Shown here in pieces: positions 53,959 to 63,150 of a DNA stretch of 64,000 nt. Below the pieces are notes generated by a model. The model was not told the DNA's origin, did no database searches, and saw only the letters and a program-made list of their open reading frames with translations. The stretch lies in contig MNYZ01000093.1 in assembly GCA_001873365.1 (NCBI GenBank), positions 504 to 64,503 of the forward strand, given 5' to 3'. The stretch comes from Oscillatoriales cyanobacterium CG2_30_40_61. GTDB lineage: Bacteria > Cyanobacteriota > Cyanobacteriia > Cyanobacteriales > Microcoleaceae. The position numbers were made by a program, and so were the translations under genes. Every line of letters begins with the position of its first letter. Position 1 is the first letter of the stretch.

Positions 53959-55581
53959 GTGATTGACCCGGAATGTTTAGCCTATAGCGTCGGCCATGCA
54001 GGGGAAGGTGTCTGTCTGTTAATGCGGATGGGATCTCATCGCATTCTACTCGATTGTGGTATTCAGGACATTTCACCCCTATTAGCATCCTCAGATCAAC
54101 CTCCGGCCGACTTAGTTCTATGTTCTCATGCCCATGGGGATCATGCTCAAGGTTTACTCGCCTTCCATCAGGCTTTTCCTAAAATTCCCATCTATGGGAG
54201 TCAAGTCACAACCCAACTCTTACCCCTGAACTGGCCAGACTGGGAACCCGATCCCCAGATTCCCCTGTGTCAGCCCTTACCCTGGGATTCTCCGGTTGAA
54301 CTCCAACCCGGACTTAGTGTTACCTTGTTTCCGGCGGGTCATTTACCTGGGGCTTCGGTAATTTTAATCAATTATGTAACACCCGAACGCAACTATAAAC
54401 TGATTTACACCGGAGATTTTTTTCTCTCGAATTCTCGCCTAGTCGAAGGCTTACCCCTGGGGGAGTTGCGCGGACTCAAACCCGATGTTTTAATCATAGA
54501 AGGCAGTTATGGAACCGGACGCCATCCCCATCGCCGTCAACTGGAAAACCAACTGGCAGAACGCTTATATCGGGCGATAGAAGCCCAATATTGCCTACTC
54601 CTACCGACACCAACTTTAGGTTTAGGACAAGAATTGTTAATGTTGCTTCGCAGTCACCATTATTTTACCGGGCGAGATCTTGATATTTGGGTAGATGCGA
54701 GTATAGCCACCGGATGTGATATTTACCTGCAACTCCTGCCCCATTTCCCCGCCAGCGTTCAGAATTTTGCCCAACATCAGCCCCTATTTTGGGATGACCG
54801 GATTCGCCCCAGAGTTCGACGACTCAGCCCGGAACAACGCTCTCAACTCGGTCAAACACCCTGTATTGTTTTCACCGACGAATCAGCCGACTGGAATTCC
54901 TATTGGGCCGATTCTATCCTGCCTTGGATGTTATTTTTACCTCAAAAACCCGGCCAAAACCTCGATATTATTCTAACTCCCGAATCGGAAGAAAAAGGTT
55001 TTAGTCCCTGTATTCCCAAGGTGGAAACCTATTTCATCTCAGAACATTGTGATGGCCCGGGGACAACCCAACTAATTCATAACCTGCGACCCCAACATAT
55101 TATTTTTGTGCACGGATCTCCCACCTATTTAGGGGATCTGACCAATTTAGAAGAACTCAGAAACCGTTATCAACTCCATACCCCCAACCCCGGAACCCTC
55201 GTCGAGTTACCCATCGGGGAAACATTTATCCAGCCTCCCCTGGCTGAAATTGAGTATGAGGGGGAGATTGCCGAGTTTGAAACTCAAATTCATATTACCC
55301 TGCCCCCAGGATTAAGCACCGATCCGCGCTGGTTAGGTTTTGCCGATACGGGGTTAGTAGAAGCCCGATGGCAAGGGGAAGAATTAGTTTTGCGGGGGAT
55401 TTCCCAACGGGAGTTCCTCAGTCAAGGTAGCGATCGCCCCATTCCCCGGGATCTCGATTGTTGTGGAAACTGCCAATACTATCGCGGACAACGCTGTTGG
55501 AATCAATCCTCGGCTCTCCATGGCTTCAAAGTAACCAGCGATGGTTACTGCCCCATGTTTGAATCCATCGAGAGGATTTAA
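53959..55581 (+). CDS. Metallo-beta-lactamase fold hydrolase (beta-CASP/RNA-processing type) with a C-terminal Cys cluster
   Basis: ILLDCG, SHAHGDH, AGHLPGA, YTGDF, IEGSYG and FVHG. The C-terminal region reads CCGNCQYY...RCWN...YCPMF. Confidence 0.85.
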   Translation: MIDPECLAYSVGHAGEGVCLLMRMGSHRILLDCGIQDISPLLASSDQPPADLVLCSHAHGDHAQGLLAFHQAFPKIPIYGSQVTTQLLPLNWPDWEPDPQIPLCQPLPWDSPVELQPGLSVTLFPAGHLPGASVILINYVTPERNYKLIYTGDFFLSNSRLVEGLPLGELRGLKPDVLIIEGSYGTGRHPHRRQLENQLAERLYRAIEAQYCLLLPTPTLGLGQELLMLLRSHHYFTGRDLDIWVDASIATGCDIYLQLLPHFPASVQNFAQHQPLFWDDRIRPRVRRLSPEQRSQLGQTPCIVFTDESADWNSYWADSILPWMLFLPQKPGQNLDIILTPESEEKGFSPCIPKVETYFISEHCDGPGTTQLIHNLRPQHIIFVHGSPTYLGDLTNLEELRNRYQLHTPNPGTLVELPIGETFIQPPLAEIEYEGEIAEFETQIHITLPPGLSTDPRWLGFADTGLVEARWQGEELVLRGISQREFLSQGSDRPIPRDLDCCGNCQYYRGQRCWNQSSALHGFKVTSDGYCPMFESIERI

Positions 55582-55626
55582 TCGGTTAAATTAAGTTTAA
55601 AATAGATTAAGTTTTTAATATTTCCC

Positions 55627-56163
55627 ATGAAAAAATCAGTTTTGTCTATTGGTCAAATTTCCGGTTTTTCTATACTGTTAACGACGATTATATTTGTTAG
55701 CAGTTTATTGGGGTTAGTGCCTCCAGCTTCTGCGGTTAATACTTCCGTCTCTCCAATCATAGCTAGTATATTTTCATTTTCAGGCAATCGACCCACTAAC
55801 ATCGGGATTGACCAAGGACAATTTGCCCCCTGCCCAACTTCTCCCAATTGTGTTTCCAGTCAAAGCCTAGATGCTCAACATCAAATTGAACCTTTCACCT
55901 ATCAAGATTCTCCCGAAACAGCTTTTGAACAGCTTGAAAAACTGCTTAAAAACACTGAAAATGCTAAAATAATTACGCAGAAACCTAATTATATTTACGC
56001 CGAATTTACCTCAGATTTGATGGGATTTGTTGATGATGTAGAATTTTATTTAGATCAACAAAATAGTGTAATTCAAGTGCGTTCTGCCTCTCGTTTAGGG
56101 GAATCGGATTTAGGTGTTAATCGGAAACGCATTGAAACTATTAGAGCCCAATTGAATCTATGA
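55627..56163 (+). CDS. DUF1499 domain protein
   Basis: APCPTSPNCVSSQ, GFVDDVEF and RSASRLGESDLGVNRKRIE. Confidence 0.9.
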   Translation: MKKSVLSIGQISGFSILLTTIIFVSSLLGLVPPASAVNTSVSPIIASIFSFSGNRPTNIGIDQGQFAPCPTSPNCVSSQSLDAQHQIEPFTYQDSPETAFEQLEKLLKNTENAKIITQKPNYIYAEFTSDLMGFVDDVEFYLDQQNSVIQVRSASRLGESDLGVNRKRIETIRAQLNL

Positions 56164-56260
56164 ACGACCCACGCTGACAGCGCGTTATTGTTTAAACTTG
56201 GCAACTTCCGGGTTAAATGGCCGCTAAAAATCTAAAATCGAGTAGGATAGATGTTGGAAC

Positions 56261-56370
56261 GGACAGCAACATATCAATATTGTAGGGTATAGCTGGGGTG
56301 TGTCCAAAGCCAAGTTTTAACTTTAATCAACCAATAGTAAATTCAGCTTACCTACAATTGATTGTTGTCC
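56261..56370 (+). other. Long imperfect stem-loop in the leader of the uxs-ugd operon
   Basis: About 27 base pairs can form between 56261-56295 and 56344-56370. A candidate -10 TAGGAT lies at 56243-56248. Confidence 0.55.
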
Positions 56371-56413
56371 ATTCAAGTTAAACTCTCTACAATTTCGCGC
56401 ATGGAGTGTAAGC

Positions 56414-58342
56414 ATGAGAATTTTAGTTACGGGTGGCGCGGGTTTTCTGGGTTCACACCTGATTGATCGCTTAATGGAACAAGGCCATGAAGTGATTTGT
56501 TTGGATAACTTTTTTACGGGGAGAAAACAAAATATCCTGAAATGGATCGGAAATCCTTATTTTGAATTAATCCGCCATGATATTACCGAACCAATTCGCT
56601 TAGAAGCCGATCAAATTTATCATTTAGCCTGTCCCGCCTCTCCGGTTCACTACCAATACAACCCGGTTAAAACCATCAAAACCAACGTATTAGGAACTAT
56701 GAATATGTTGGGGTTAGCCAAACGGATCAAAGCCAGGTTTTTCCTCGCCTCCACCTCTGAAGTCTACGGCGATCCTGACGTTCACCCCCAAACGGAAGAA
56801 TATCGAGGCAATGTTAACTGTATTGGGATTCGATCCTGTTACGATCGGGAAACGGAAATTTTAACTGAGCAAGGTTGGGTTCCGTTCCCTAACTTGCAAC
56901 CGGGGATCAAAGTTGCTACCCTCAACGAAAATCATCAAATTGAATATCACGTTCCCGATGAATATATTGTCCAACCCTATATCGGGGAAATGTTGCGATT
57001 TGCTAACAGTAAATTTGATCTTTGCGTCACCCCCAACCACTGGATGTATGTTCGCGGTAAAACCGGGAAATTAAAATCAATTCAGGCGGGTGAGGACAAA
57101 CACTGGCATTCTTGGCGAGTGGTCACGGGTGCAGAATTTGACACCCCGGATCAAGAAGAATTTGATTTAGACCCTGCTCCCCGTAATGCCAAAGTCCGGG
57201 TCGAAAAAGTCAAAATGGATGACTGGCTGGAATTCCTGGGTTATTACATTTCTGAAGGTTGTGTTCATGTTCGGCGACGGGTGCGCGCGGTCGGGGGTGC
57301 TGATTATGATGTGGCGGACTATAACATTTTAATTGCTCAAGAAAACCCGGAAGGCCGGACAAAAATTGCCGAATGTCTCAAACGTTTACCTTGGAAATTT
57401 TTTGACTCCGATCACCATCAATTTCGGATTTGTAGCCAACAATTAGCCGATATTCTCTTACCCTTGGGTAAATCCGGTGATAAATATATTCCCCGTGAAT
57501 TTTTGCAATTGTCACGACGTCAATCCTTAATTCTTTTTAACGCCTTAATTTTAGGAGATGGTAGTCAACGGGGTAATTGTTATACCTACTACAGCAAATC
57601 TAAACAATTAGCTGACGATGTACAGGAATTAGCGATGCGTTGTGGATATGCTGCTTCTGTGGTGTCCCATGCCATCGGACGTGACCTGTATCGTGTGAAT
57701 ATCCGTCCCGCCATTGATGCCAATTTAGTTGAACCAGAACGGTTTCACCATGTCGGGAAAGTCTATTGTGTAAATGTGAAAAACCATGTCATTTGTGTGC
57801 GTCGGAATGGACGGGTTGCCTTTTGTGGTAACTGTTACGACGAGGGAAAGCGGGTGGCAGAAACCTTAGCCTTTGACTACCATCGTCAAAACGGGGTAGA
57901 TATTCGGGTGGTACGGATTTTTAATACCTATGGCCCTCGAATGTTAGAAAATGATGGGCGTGTGGTCAGTAACTTTATTGTCCAAGCCCTGCGCGGGATT
58001 CCCTTAACGGTTTATGGGGATGGTTCCCAAACCCGGAGCTTCTGTTATGTGTCAGACTTGGTAGAGGGATTCATCCGTTTGATGAATAGTGATCAGCTTG
58101 GCCCTATTAATATCGGGAATCCGGGGGAGTATACCATTTTGGAATTAGCCCAAAAAATTCAGAATCTGGTTAACCCGGATGTGGAAATTCAATTTAAACC
58201 TCTACCGGAGGATGATCCTAAACAGCGACAACCTGATATTACTCGTGCTAAAACCTATCTGAATTGGGAACCGACAATCCCACTCGATCAAGGATTAGAA
58301 TTGACAGTGAAAGATTTTCGGGAACGCATCTACAACAGTTGA
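56414..58342 (+). CDS. UDP-glucuronic acid decarboxylase family SDR, intein-containing
   Basis: VTGGAGFLGSHL, HLACPASP, ASTSEVYGDP, YDEGKR after splicing, RIFNTYGP and RSFCYVSDLV. Confidence 0.93.
   Translation: MRILVTGGAGFLGSHLIDRLMEQGHEVICLDNFFTGRKQNILKWIGNPYFELIRHDITEPIRLEADQIYHLACPASPVHYQYNPVKTIKTNVLGTMNMLGLAKRIKARFFLASTSEVYGDPDVHPQTEEYRGNVNCIGIRSCYDRETEILTEQGWVPFPNLQPGIKVATLNENHQIEYHVPDEYIVQPYIGEMLRFANSKFDLCVTPNHWMYVRGKTGKLKSIQAGEDKHWHSWRVVTGAEFDTPDQEEFDLDPAPRNAKVRVEKVKMDDWLEFLGYYISEGCVHVRRRVRAVGGADYDVADYNILIAQENPEGRTKIAECLKRLPWKFFDSDHHQFRICSQQLADILLPLGKSGDKYIPREFLQLSRRQSLILFNALILGDGSQRGNCYTYYSKSKQLADDVQELAMRCGYAASVVSHAIGRDLYRVNIRPAIDANLVEPERFHHVGKVYCVNVKNHVICVRRNGRVAFCGNCYDEGKRVAETLAFDYHRQNGVDIRVVRIFNTYGPRMLENDGRVVSNFIVQALRGIPLTVYGDGSQTRSFCYVSDLVEGFIRLMNSDQLGPINIGNPGEYTILELAQKIQNLVNPDVEIQFKPLPEDDPKQRQPDITRAKTYLNWEPTIPLDQGLELTVKDFRERIYNS
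56837..57832 (+). mobile_element. Intein (332 aa) with LAGLIDADG domain in the UDP-glucuronate decarboxylase
   Basis: Block A CYDRETEILTEQGW, block B VTPNH, block C FLGYYISEG, block E LILGDG and block F VYCVNV. It ends FCGN followed by Cys+1. Removing it restores GIRS-CYDEGKR. Confidence 0.95.
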
Positions 58343-58426
58343 AAAGAATGAAATTCTTGTTAACGGTCACTTGTTCAGCGTTAACAAGATTGTTAATGTT
58401 TGGGTCAAAAAATTGAGGATAGATTT

Positions 58427-59794
58427 ATGCGTGTTTGTGTAATTGGAACCGGATATGTGGGTTTAGTAACCGGAGTTTGTTTGGCACAAATCGGACATGA
58501 GGTTATTTGTGTTGATAATAATGAAGAAAAAGTTAAATTAATGAAGTCGGGACAGTCTCCGATTTATGAACCTGGATTACCGGAATTAATGAAGTCCTGT
58601 ATGGAGTCCGGGCGTCTGGATTTTTCTGCGGATTTAGCGGCGGGTGTGGAACATGGTGAGGTGTTATTTATCGCCGTAGGAACTCCGCCATTACCTAGCG
58701 GAGAAAGTGATACCCGTTATGTTGAAGCTGTTGCCCGAGGGATTGGTTCTAACCTGAATAAAGGTTATAAAGTAGTTGTGAATAAATCTACTGTGCCCAT
58801 TGGTTCCGGGGACTGGGTGCGGATGATTGTTTTGGACGGTGTTTCGGAGCAACAAAAAGAAAAAGGGTTAGCAGGAACACCCATTGAAGCGGAATTTGAT
58901 GTGGTCAGTAACCCGGAATTTTTACGGGAAGGTTCGGCGGTTTATGACACCTTTAATCCTGATCGAATTGTGTTAGGAAGTAACAGCAAAAAAGCACTTT
59001 CTGTGATGCAGGAATTGTATGCACCTTTGGTGTCGAGAAAATATTCTGATGATCAGTCCTTACCTCCAGTTCCAATTGTATTAACGGATCTGAGTTCGGC
59101 GGAAATGATTAAATATGCTGCTAATTCGTTCTTAGCTACTAAAATTAGCTTTATTAACGAAATTGCTAATATTTGCGATCGCGTCGGTGCAGATGTTAAA
59201 CAAGTAGCTCAAGGAATTGGCTTAGATTCTCGGATTGGTAATAAGTTTTTACAAGCGGGAATTGGTTGGGGGGGTTCCTGTTTCCCTAAAGATGTTTCGG
59301 CTTTAATTCATACCGCCGATGACTATAATTATGAAGCCCAATTGTTAAAAGCGGCGGTGGAAGTTAATAATCGTCAGCGCACTATTGCTATTGACAAATT
59401 ACAGCAAGTTCTGAAAATTCTTAAAGGCAAAACCGTGGGTTTATTGGGGTTAACTTTTAAAGCTGATACGGATGATTTACGCGATGCTCCGGCTTTAGAT
59501 ATTATCCAAGAATTGAACCGTTTGGGGGCAAAAGTTAAAGCCTATGATCCGATTATTTCCCAAAGTGGAATGCGGCACGGCTTAACGGGTGTTATCGTTG
59601 AAACCGATCCTGAATTGTTAGCTGATGGTTGTGATGCCTTAGTTTTAATTACCGACTGGGCGCAATTCCAAAACCTTGATTATGCAAAAATGGCGAAAAA
59701 AATGCACTCGGCATTTATGATTGATGGCCGGAATTTCTTAGACCGAAAACAATTAGAAGCCGCCGGTTTCCAATATGTCGGTATTGGACATTAA
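58427..59794 (+). CDS. ugd: UDP-glucose 6-dehydrogenase
   Basis: VIGTGYVGL, NKSTVPIG, SNPEFLREG, GWGGSCFPKD and FKADTDDLRDAP. Confidence 0.95.
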   Translation: MRVCVIGTGYVGLVTGVCLAQIGHEVICVDNNEEKVKLMKSGQSPIYEPGLPELMKSCMESGRLDFSADLAAGVEHGEVLFIAVGTPPLPSGESDTRYVEAVARGIGSNLNKGYKVVVNKSTVPIGSGDWVRMIVLDGVSEQQKEKGLAGTPIEAEFDVVSNPEFLREGSAVYDTFNPDRIVLGSNSKKALSVMQELYAPLVSRKYSDDQSLPPVPIVLTDLSSAEMIKYAANSFLATKISFINEIANICDRVGADVKQVAQGIGLDSRIGNKFLQAGIGWGGSCFPKDVSALIHTADDYNYEAQLLKAAVEVNNRQRTIAIDKLQQVLKILKGKTVGLLGLTFKADTDDLRDAPALDIIQELNRLGAKVKAYDPIISQSGMRHGLTGVIVETDPELLADGCDALVLITDWAQFQNLDYAKMAKKMHSAFMIDGRNFLDRKQLEAAGFQYVGIGH

Positions 59795-59861
59795 TCCGTA
59801 GGTTAATATAAGGTTGGGGTGGGCATGGCTCACCCTATATTTTATGCTAGGTATGATAAAA

Positions 59862-59915
59862 TGTCGGTATATAAATAGAAGTACCTACACTTTTCACCCT
59901 TTTTGAAAGTGTAGG
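59862..59915. promoter_or_regulatory. Overlapping inverted repeats downstream of a -10 box; probable AbiEi autoregulatory operator
   Basis: TGTCGGTA-N12-TACCTACA and CCTACACTTTTCA...TGAAAGTGTAGG. TATGAT lies at 59852-59857. Confidence 0.55.
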
Positions 59916-59947
59916 AGAGCTTATTCATTGATTTGGGTGATACGATC

Positions 59948-60547
59948 ATGACTCAGAGACAACAAGTGCTGGATACCCGTTGCACTATGGGAGTCATCAG
60001 TGCCAAAGATATAGAAAAATGGGGAGTTTCTCGTCAGTATGTACAACGACTAGAACAACAAGGTTTGTTGATTCGTTCAGGACGAGGTATTTATACCATA
60101 GTAGAAGCAGATATCACAGAAAATCATGGTCTTGTAGAAGTCTCTAAGCGAGTACCTCATGGGGTAATCTGTTTGCTATCAGCACTGAGTTTTTATCAAA
60201 TTACCACTCAAGCACCCTCTCAAATATGGCTGGCAATTGACCAAAAAGCACGTTCTCCAAAGGAGGATCTAATTCCTTTGAGAATTATTTATATGTCAGG
60301 TATTGCCAAAGAATCAGGGATTGAAGAACATATTATTGAAGGAGTTCCTGTAAGAGTTTATAGTCTGGCAAAAACAATTGCTGATTGTTTCAAATTTCGC
60401 AATAAAATTGGACTTGATATTGCTCTTGAAGCTCTACGAGAATCTTGGCAGGAAAAGCATTGTACAATTGATGAAATTTGGGATTATGCTAAAATTTGTC
60501 GCGTTCAAAATGTTATTCGTCCCTATCTGGAATTGCTTGTATCTTAA
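59948..60547 (+). CDS. Type IV toxin-antitoxin antitoxin, AbiEi family
   Basis: N-terminal wHTH (GRGIY), GVICLLSALSFY, YSLAKTIADCFKFRNKIG and RPYLE. Confidence 0.9.
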   Translation: MTQRQQVLDTRCTMGVISAKDIEKWGVSRQYVQRLEQQGLLIRSGRGIYTIVEADITENHGLVEVSKRVPHGVICLLSALSFYQITTQAPSQIWLAIDQKARSPKEDLIPLRIIYMSGIAKESGIEEHIIEGVPVRVYSLAKTIADCFKFRNKIGLDIALEALRESWQEKHCTIDEIWDYAKICRVQNVIRPYLELLVS

Positions 60548-60550
60548 ATC

Positions 60551-61486
60551 ATGGATCAAACCAATCAACCGAATATTTCTCAAAAAGTTAATCAACGTTT
60601 GTTAAAACTTGCTAAGGAGAGCAAAGCAGATCTTAATCGCCTACGGATTCGTTATGTTAATGAAAGATTATTGTATCGTCTAAGTCAATCTCGTGATCAG
60701 GAGCAGTTTATTCTAAAAGGTGCAAATCTATTTTTTGTATGGAGTGGTCAACCCCATCGACATACTAAAGATTTAGATTTCCTCTGTTATGGTAATAATA
60801 ATATTGAACATATAAAAAATTTATTTCGAGAAATCTGTTCTATTTCTGTTCAAGAAGATGGTGTTGAATTCTTATCTGATACGATCAAAGGAAAATTAAT
60901 TAAAGAAGATCAAGAGTATGAAGGAGTCCAAATTAAAATAGCTTGGAAAATTCATACAACTAAAGGAGTTGCACAAATTGATATCGGTTTTGGAGATCAA
61001 GTAGTACCTGAAGCTAAAATAGAAACATTTCCCCTGATTTTACAAGAACTTGAACTTAACCCACCAAAACTGAGAATGTATCCTCCTGAAACTGTCATAG
61101 CAGAAAAGTTTGAAGCAATGGTTAAATTAGGAGAATTGAATAGTCGGATCAAAGATTTCTATGATATTTTTTATTTATCAGAAAATTTTGTCTTTAATCA
61201 AAAAATTCTTGCTAAGGCTATTCAAGTAACTTTTAATCACAGAAAAACGGCTATACCTTCTGATATTCCCTATTGTCTAACAAAAGAATTTTCTCAAGCA
61301 AAGCAAAAAAATTGGATTGCTTTTTTAAAAGACAAACAAATTAAAAATACTTCAGAAAATTTTCAGGATATTATTTCGCGTCTTATACTGTTTCTGGAGC
61401 CTGTTTATCGCTCAATTATTGAGGAGCAAATCCCTGATCATGTTTGGAAATTAACCGATTTTTATTGGCGTAAAATTGAAGATTAA
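60551..61486 (+). CDS. Type IV toxin-antitoxin toxin, AbiEii nucleotidyltransferase
   Basis: ERLLYRLSQS, FILKGANL, RHTKDLDF, QIDIGFGD, ETVIAEKFEAM and SRIKDFYD. Confidence 0.92.
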   Translation: MDQTNQPNISQKVNQRLLKLAKESKADLNRLRIRYVNERLLYRLSQSRDQEQFILKGANLFFVWSGQPHRHTKDLDFLCYGNNNIEHIKNLFREICSISVQEDGVEFLSDTIKGKLIKEDQEYEGVQIKIAWKIHTTKGVAQIDIGFGDQVVPEAKIETFPLILQELELNPPKLRMYPPETVIAEKFEAMVKLGELNSRIKDFYDIFYLSENFVFNQKILAKAIQVTFNHRKTAIPSDIPYCLTKEFSQAKQKNWIAFLKDKQIKNTSENFQDIISRLILFLEPVYRSIIEEQIPDHVWKLTDFYWRKIED

Positions 61487-61581
61487 AATTCTTGATTATA
61501 TCCAAGATTAGATCCTCCTAAATCCCCCTTAAAAAAGGTAACTTTAATATCTCTAAATTTTCAAGTTAAATCTTTAAATAC

Positions 61582-62892
61582 CTATAGTCCCTTTGAAAAT
61601 CGCACTGATAAATATTCAGCAATTCGACGACTCGCACCCGGTTGTCCGAGGCGACGTTTTCCGTTTTCTGCAATTAATTTTAATTGCTCAGAATTAAGCA
61701 GCAGCGATCGCAATATTTCAGGAATTTCTCTGGGATTTTCTACTACAATTAATGATCTCCCTAAAAGACGCTGTTGATTATTAGCAAAGGTGCGGGTAAA
61801 TTGTGGCCCCTCGCCCGGAATTGCGATCACAGGTTTCCCTAAACCGACAAATTGTTCCGTTGCAGTTCCCGCCATGGCGATCGCTACATTTCCTAAAGCT
61901 AAACAATCATTAAATCCCTGATTTGTCAAGATTAATCTGGCTGTTTCTTTAGCAAAAATCACTTCTCCGTGACCCCAAAGAAAGTTAAGATTAGGTGATT
62001 TTAACTCCGGGGTTTCTCGCCATCCCAAAGCGATGAGAGATTGACAAAAGGGTTGCAGATCTAAACTAGAGGCGATCGCAGCTAAAAATACTAAATGTTG
62101 ATAGCTATGAATTGGATTTTCTGTTGATAGAATTGAGCTTTGAATAATTGCATCTACCCCCTGTAAAACTATATCCCAATTTCGATTAACTTCTGGAGAA
62201 CGAGATCCGGGTAATAATGTTATAAATAGTGATTGCTGGTTTTCTCCCTTGAGTTGATCAAGAGTATAATTATCAATATTGGGTTGCAAATTATCCATCA
62301 TGGGATTTCCCAAATCCATCGCCGCAATTGAATATTTTTGTAAGGTTTGTGTGGTGATAGTATCTCTGGGAAATACCCCTAAACAGCGAGAATTATTCAT
62401 TAAAAATCGTTCCCAGGGGAAATAAATCGAATCAAAATATCGATACCATACCCACATTTGGGTTAAGGGTAATTGTTCCTGTTCATCACGAAGATAATAG
62501 TCGGATTTTGCTGTTCCAATAAAAGCATAATTTCCCCCACTTAACCAAGCTAAAAATAAGGGAACAATATCCCCGACAGCTAGAATAATTCCTCCTTGTT
62601 TTACCCACTGACGAATGGCTTGATATTGATGAATAATTAAGGGAAATAACCCCGCTTTTAGATCTAGCCAAAGTTGGTATTGATCCATATAAATAAATCC
62701 CCCGGAGGGTAGGGATTTTACTTGGCCAATCACAGGAAGGTTTTCTAGTTGAGTATATGCTTGTCCTAGCCCCACTAGGGGTAACGCAGCGATTTCCGGC
62801 GGGTGGGGCTGTTGTTGGAGTTCGCGTAAAATCTGAACAGCGATCGCATCTTCTCCATGACCATTACTTATTGATAGAATTTTAACAGTCAT
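61582..62892 (-). CDS. Lipid-A-disaccharide synthase-related protein (TIGR03492-like glycosyltransferase fold)
   Basis: ISNGHGEDAIA, LPSGGF, LLPGSR, MAGTATEQ and PGEGPQF. Confidence 0.85.
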   Translation of the reverse strand: MTVKILSISNGHGEDAIAVQILRELQQQPHPPEIAALPLVGLGQAYTQLENLPVIGQVKSLPSGGFIYMDQYQLWLDLKAGLFPLIIHQYQAIRQWVKQGGIILAVGDIVPLFLAWLSGGNYAFIGTAKSDYYLRDEQEQLPLTQMWVWYRYFDSIYFPWERFLMNNSRCLGVFPRDTITTQTLQKYSIAAMDLGNPMMDNLQPNIDNYTLDQLKGENQQSLFITLLPGSRSPEVNRNWDIVLQGVDAIIQSSILSTENPIHSYQHLVFLAAIASSLDLQPFCQSLIALGWRETPELKSPNLNFLWGHGEVIFAKETARLILTNQGFNDCLALGNVAIAMAGTATEQFVGLGKPVIAIPGEGPQFTRTFANNQQRLLGRSLIVVENPREIPEILRSLLLNSEQLKLIAENGKRRLGQPGASRRIAEYLSVRFSKGL

Positions 62893-63150
62893 GGTCTAAT
62901 ATCCTCAATAGGTTATACTATTTCATCCTAGGGGGGTTTTGTCAACAGTTATCAGTGTAAGAGTTAATCGTTAACTATTAATTGATTAATTGAAAAATAA
63001 ATCCCTATTAAAGTATACAATAAAATCACAAATCAAGTCTCTAATAAATCCGAATCAATCCTGTTTTTTGATCTATTTTAATTTGATTAAGTTATAGGAT
63101 TTTTCCTCTTCCAAGTTCTCCTAAATTTAATTGTTTAATAATTAATTCTG

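Noticed and set aside
56837-57832. Calling the decarboxylase intein a class 3 intein
   Set aside because: It has Cys at position 1 and lacks the full Trp-Cys-Thr triad (Trp is offset by one, and Cys stands where Thr is expected). Only the F4 Cys matches.
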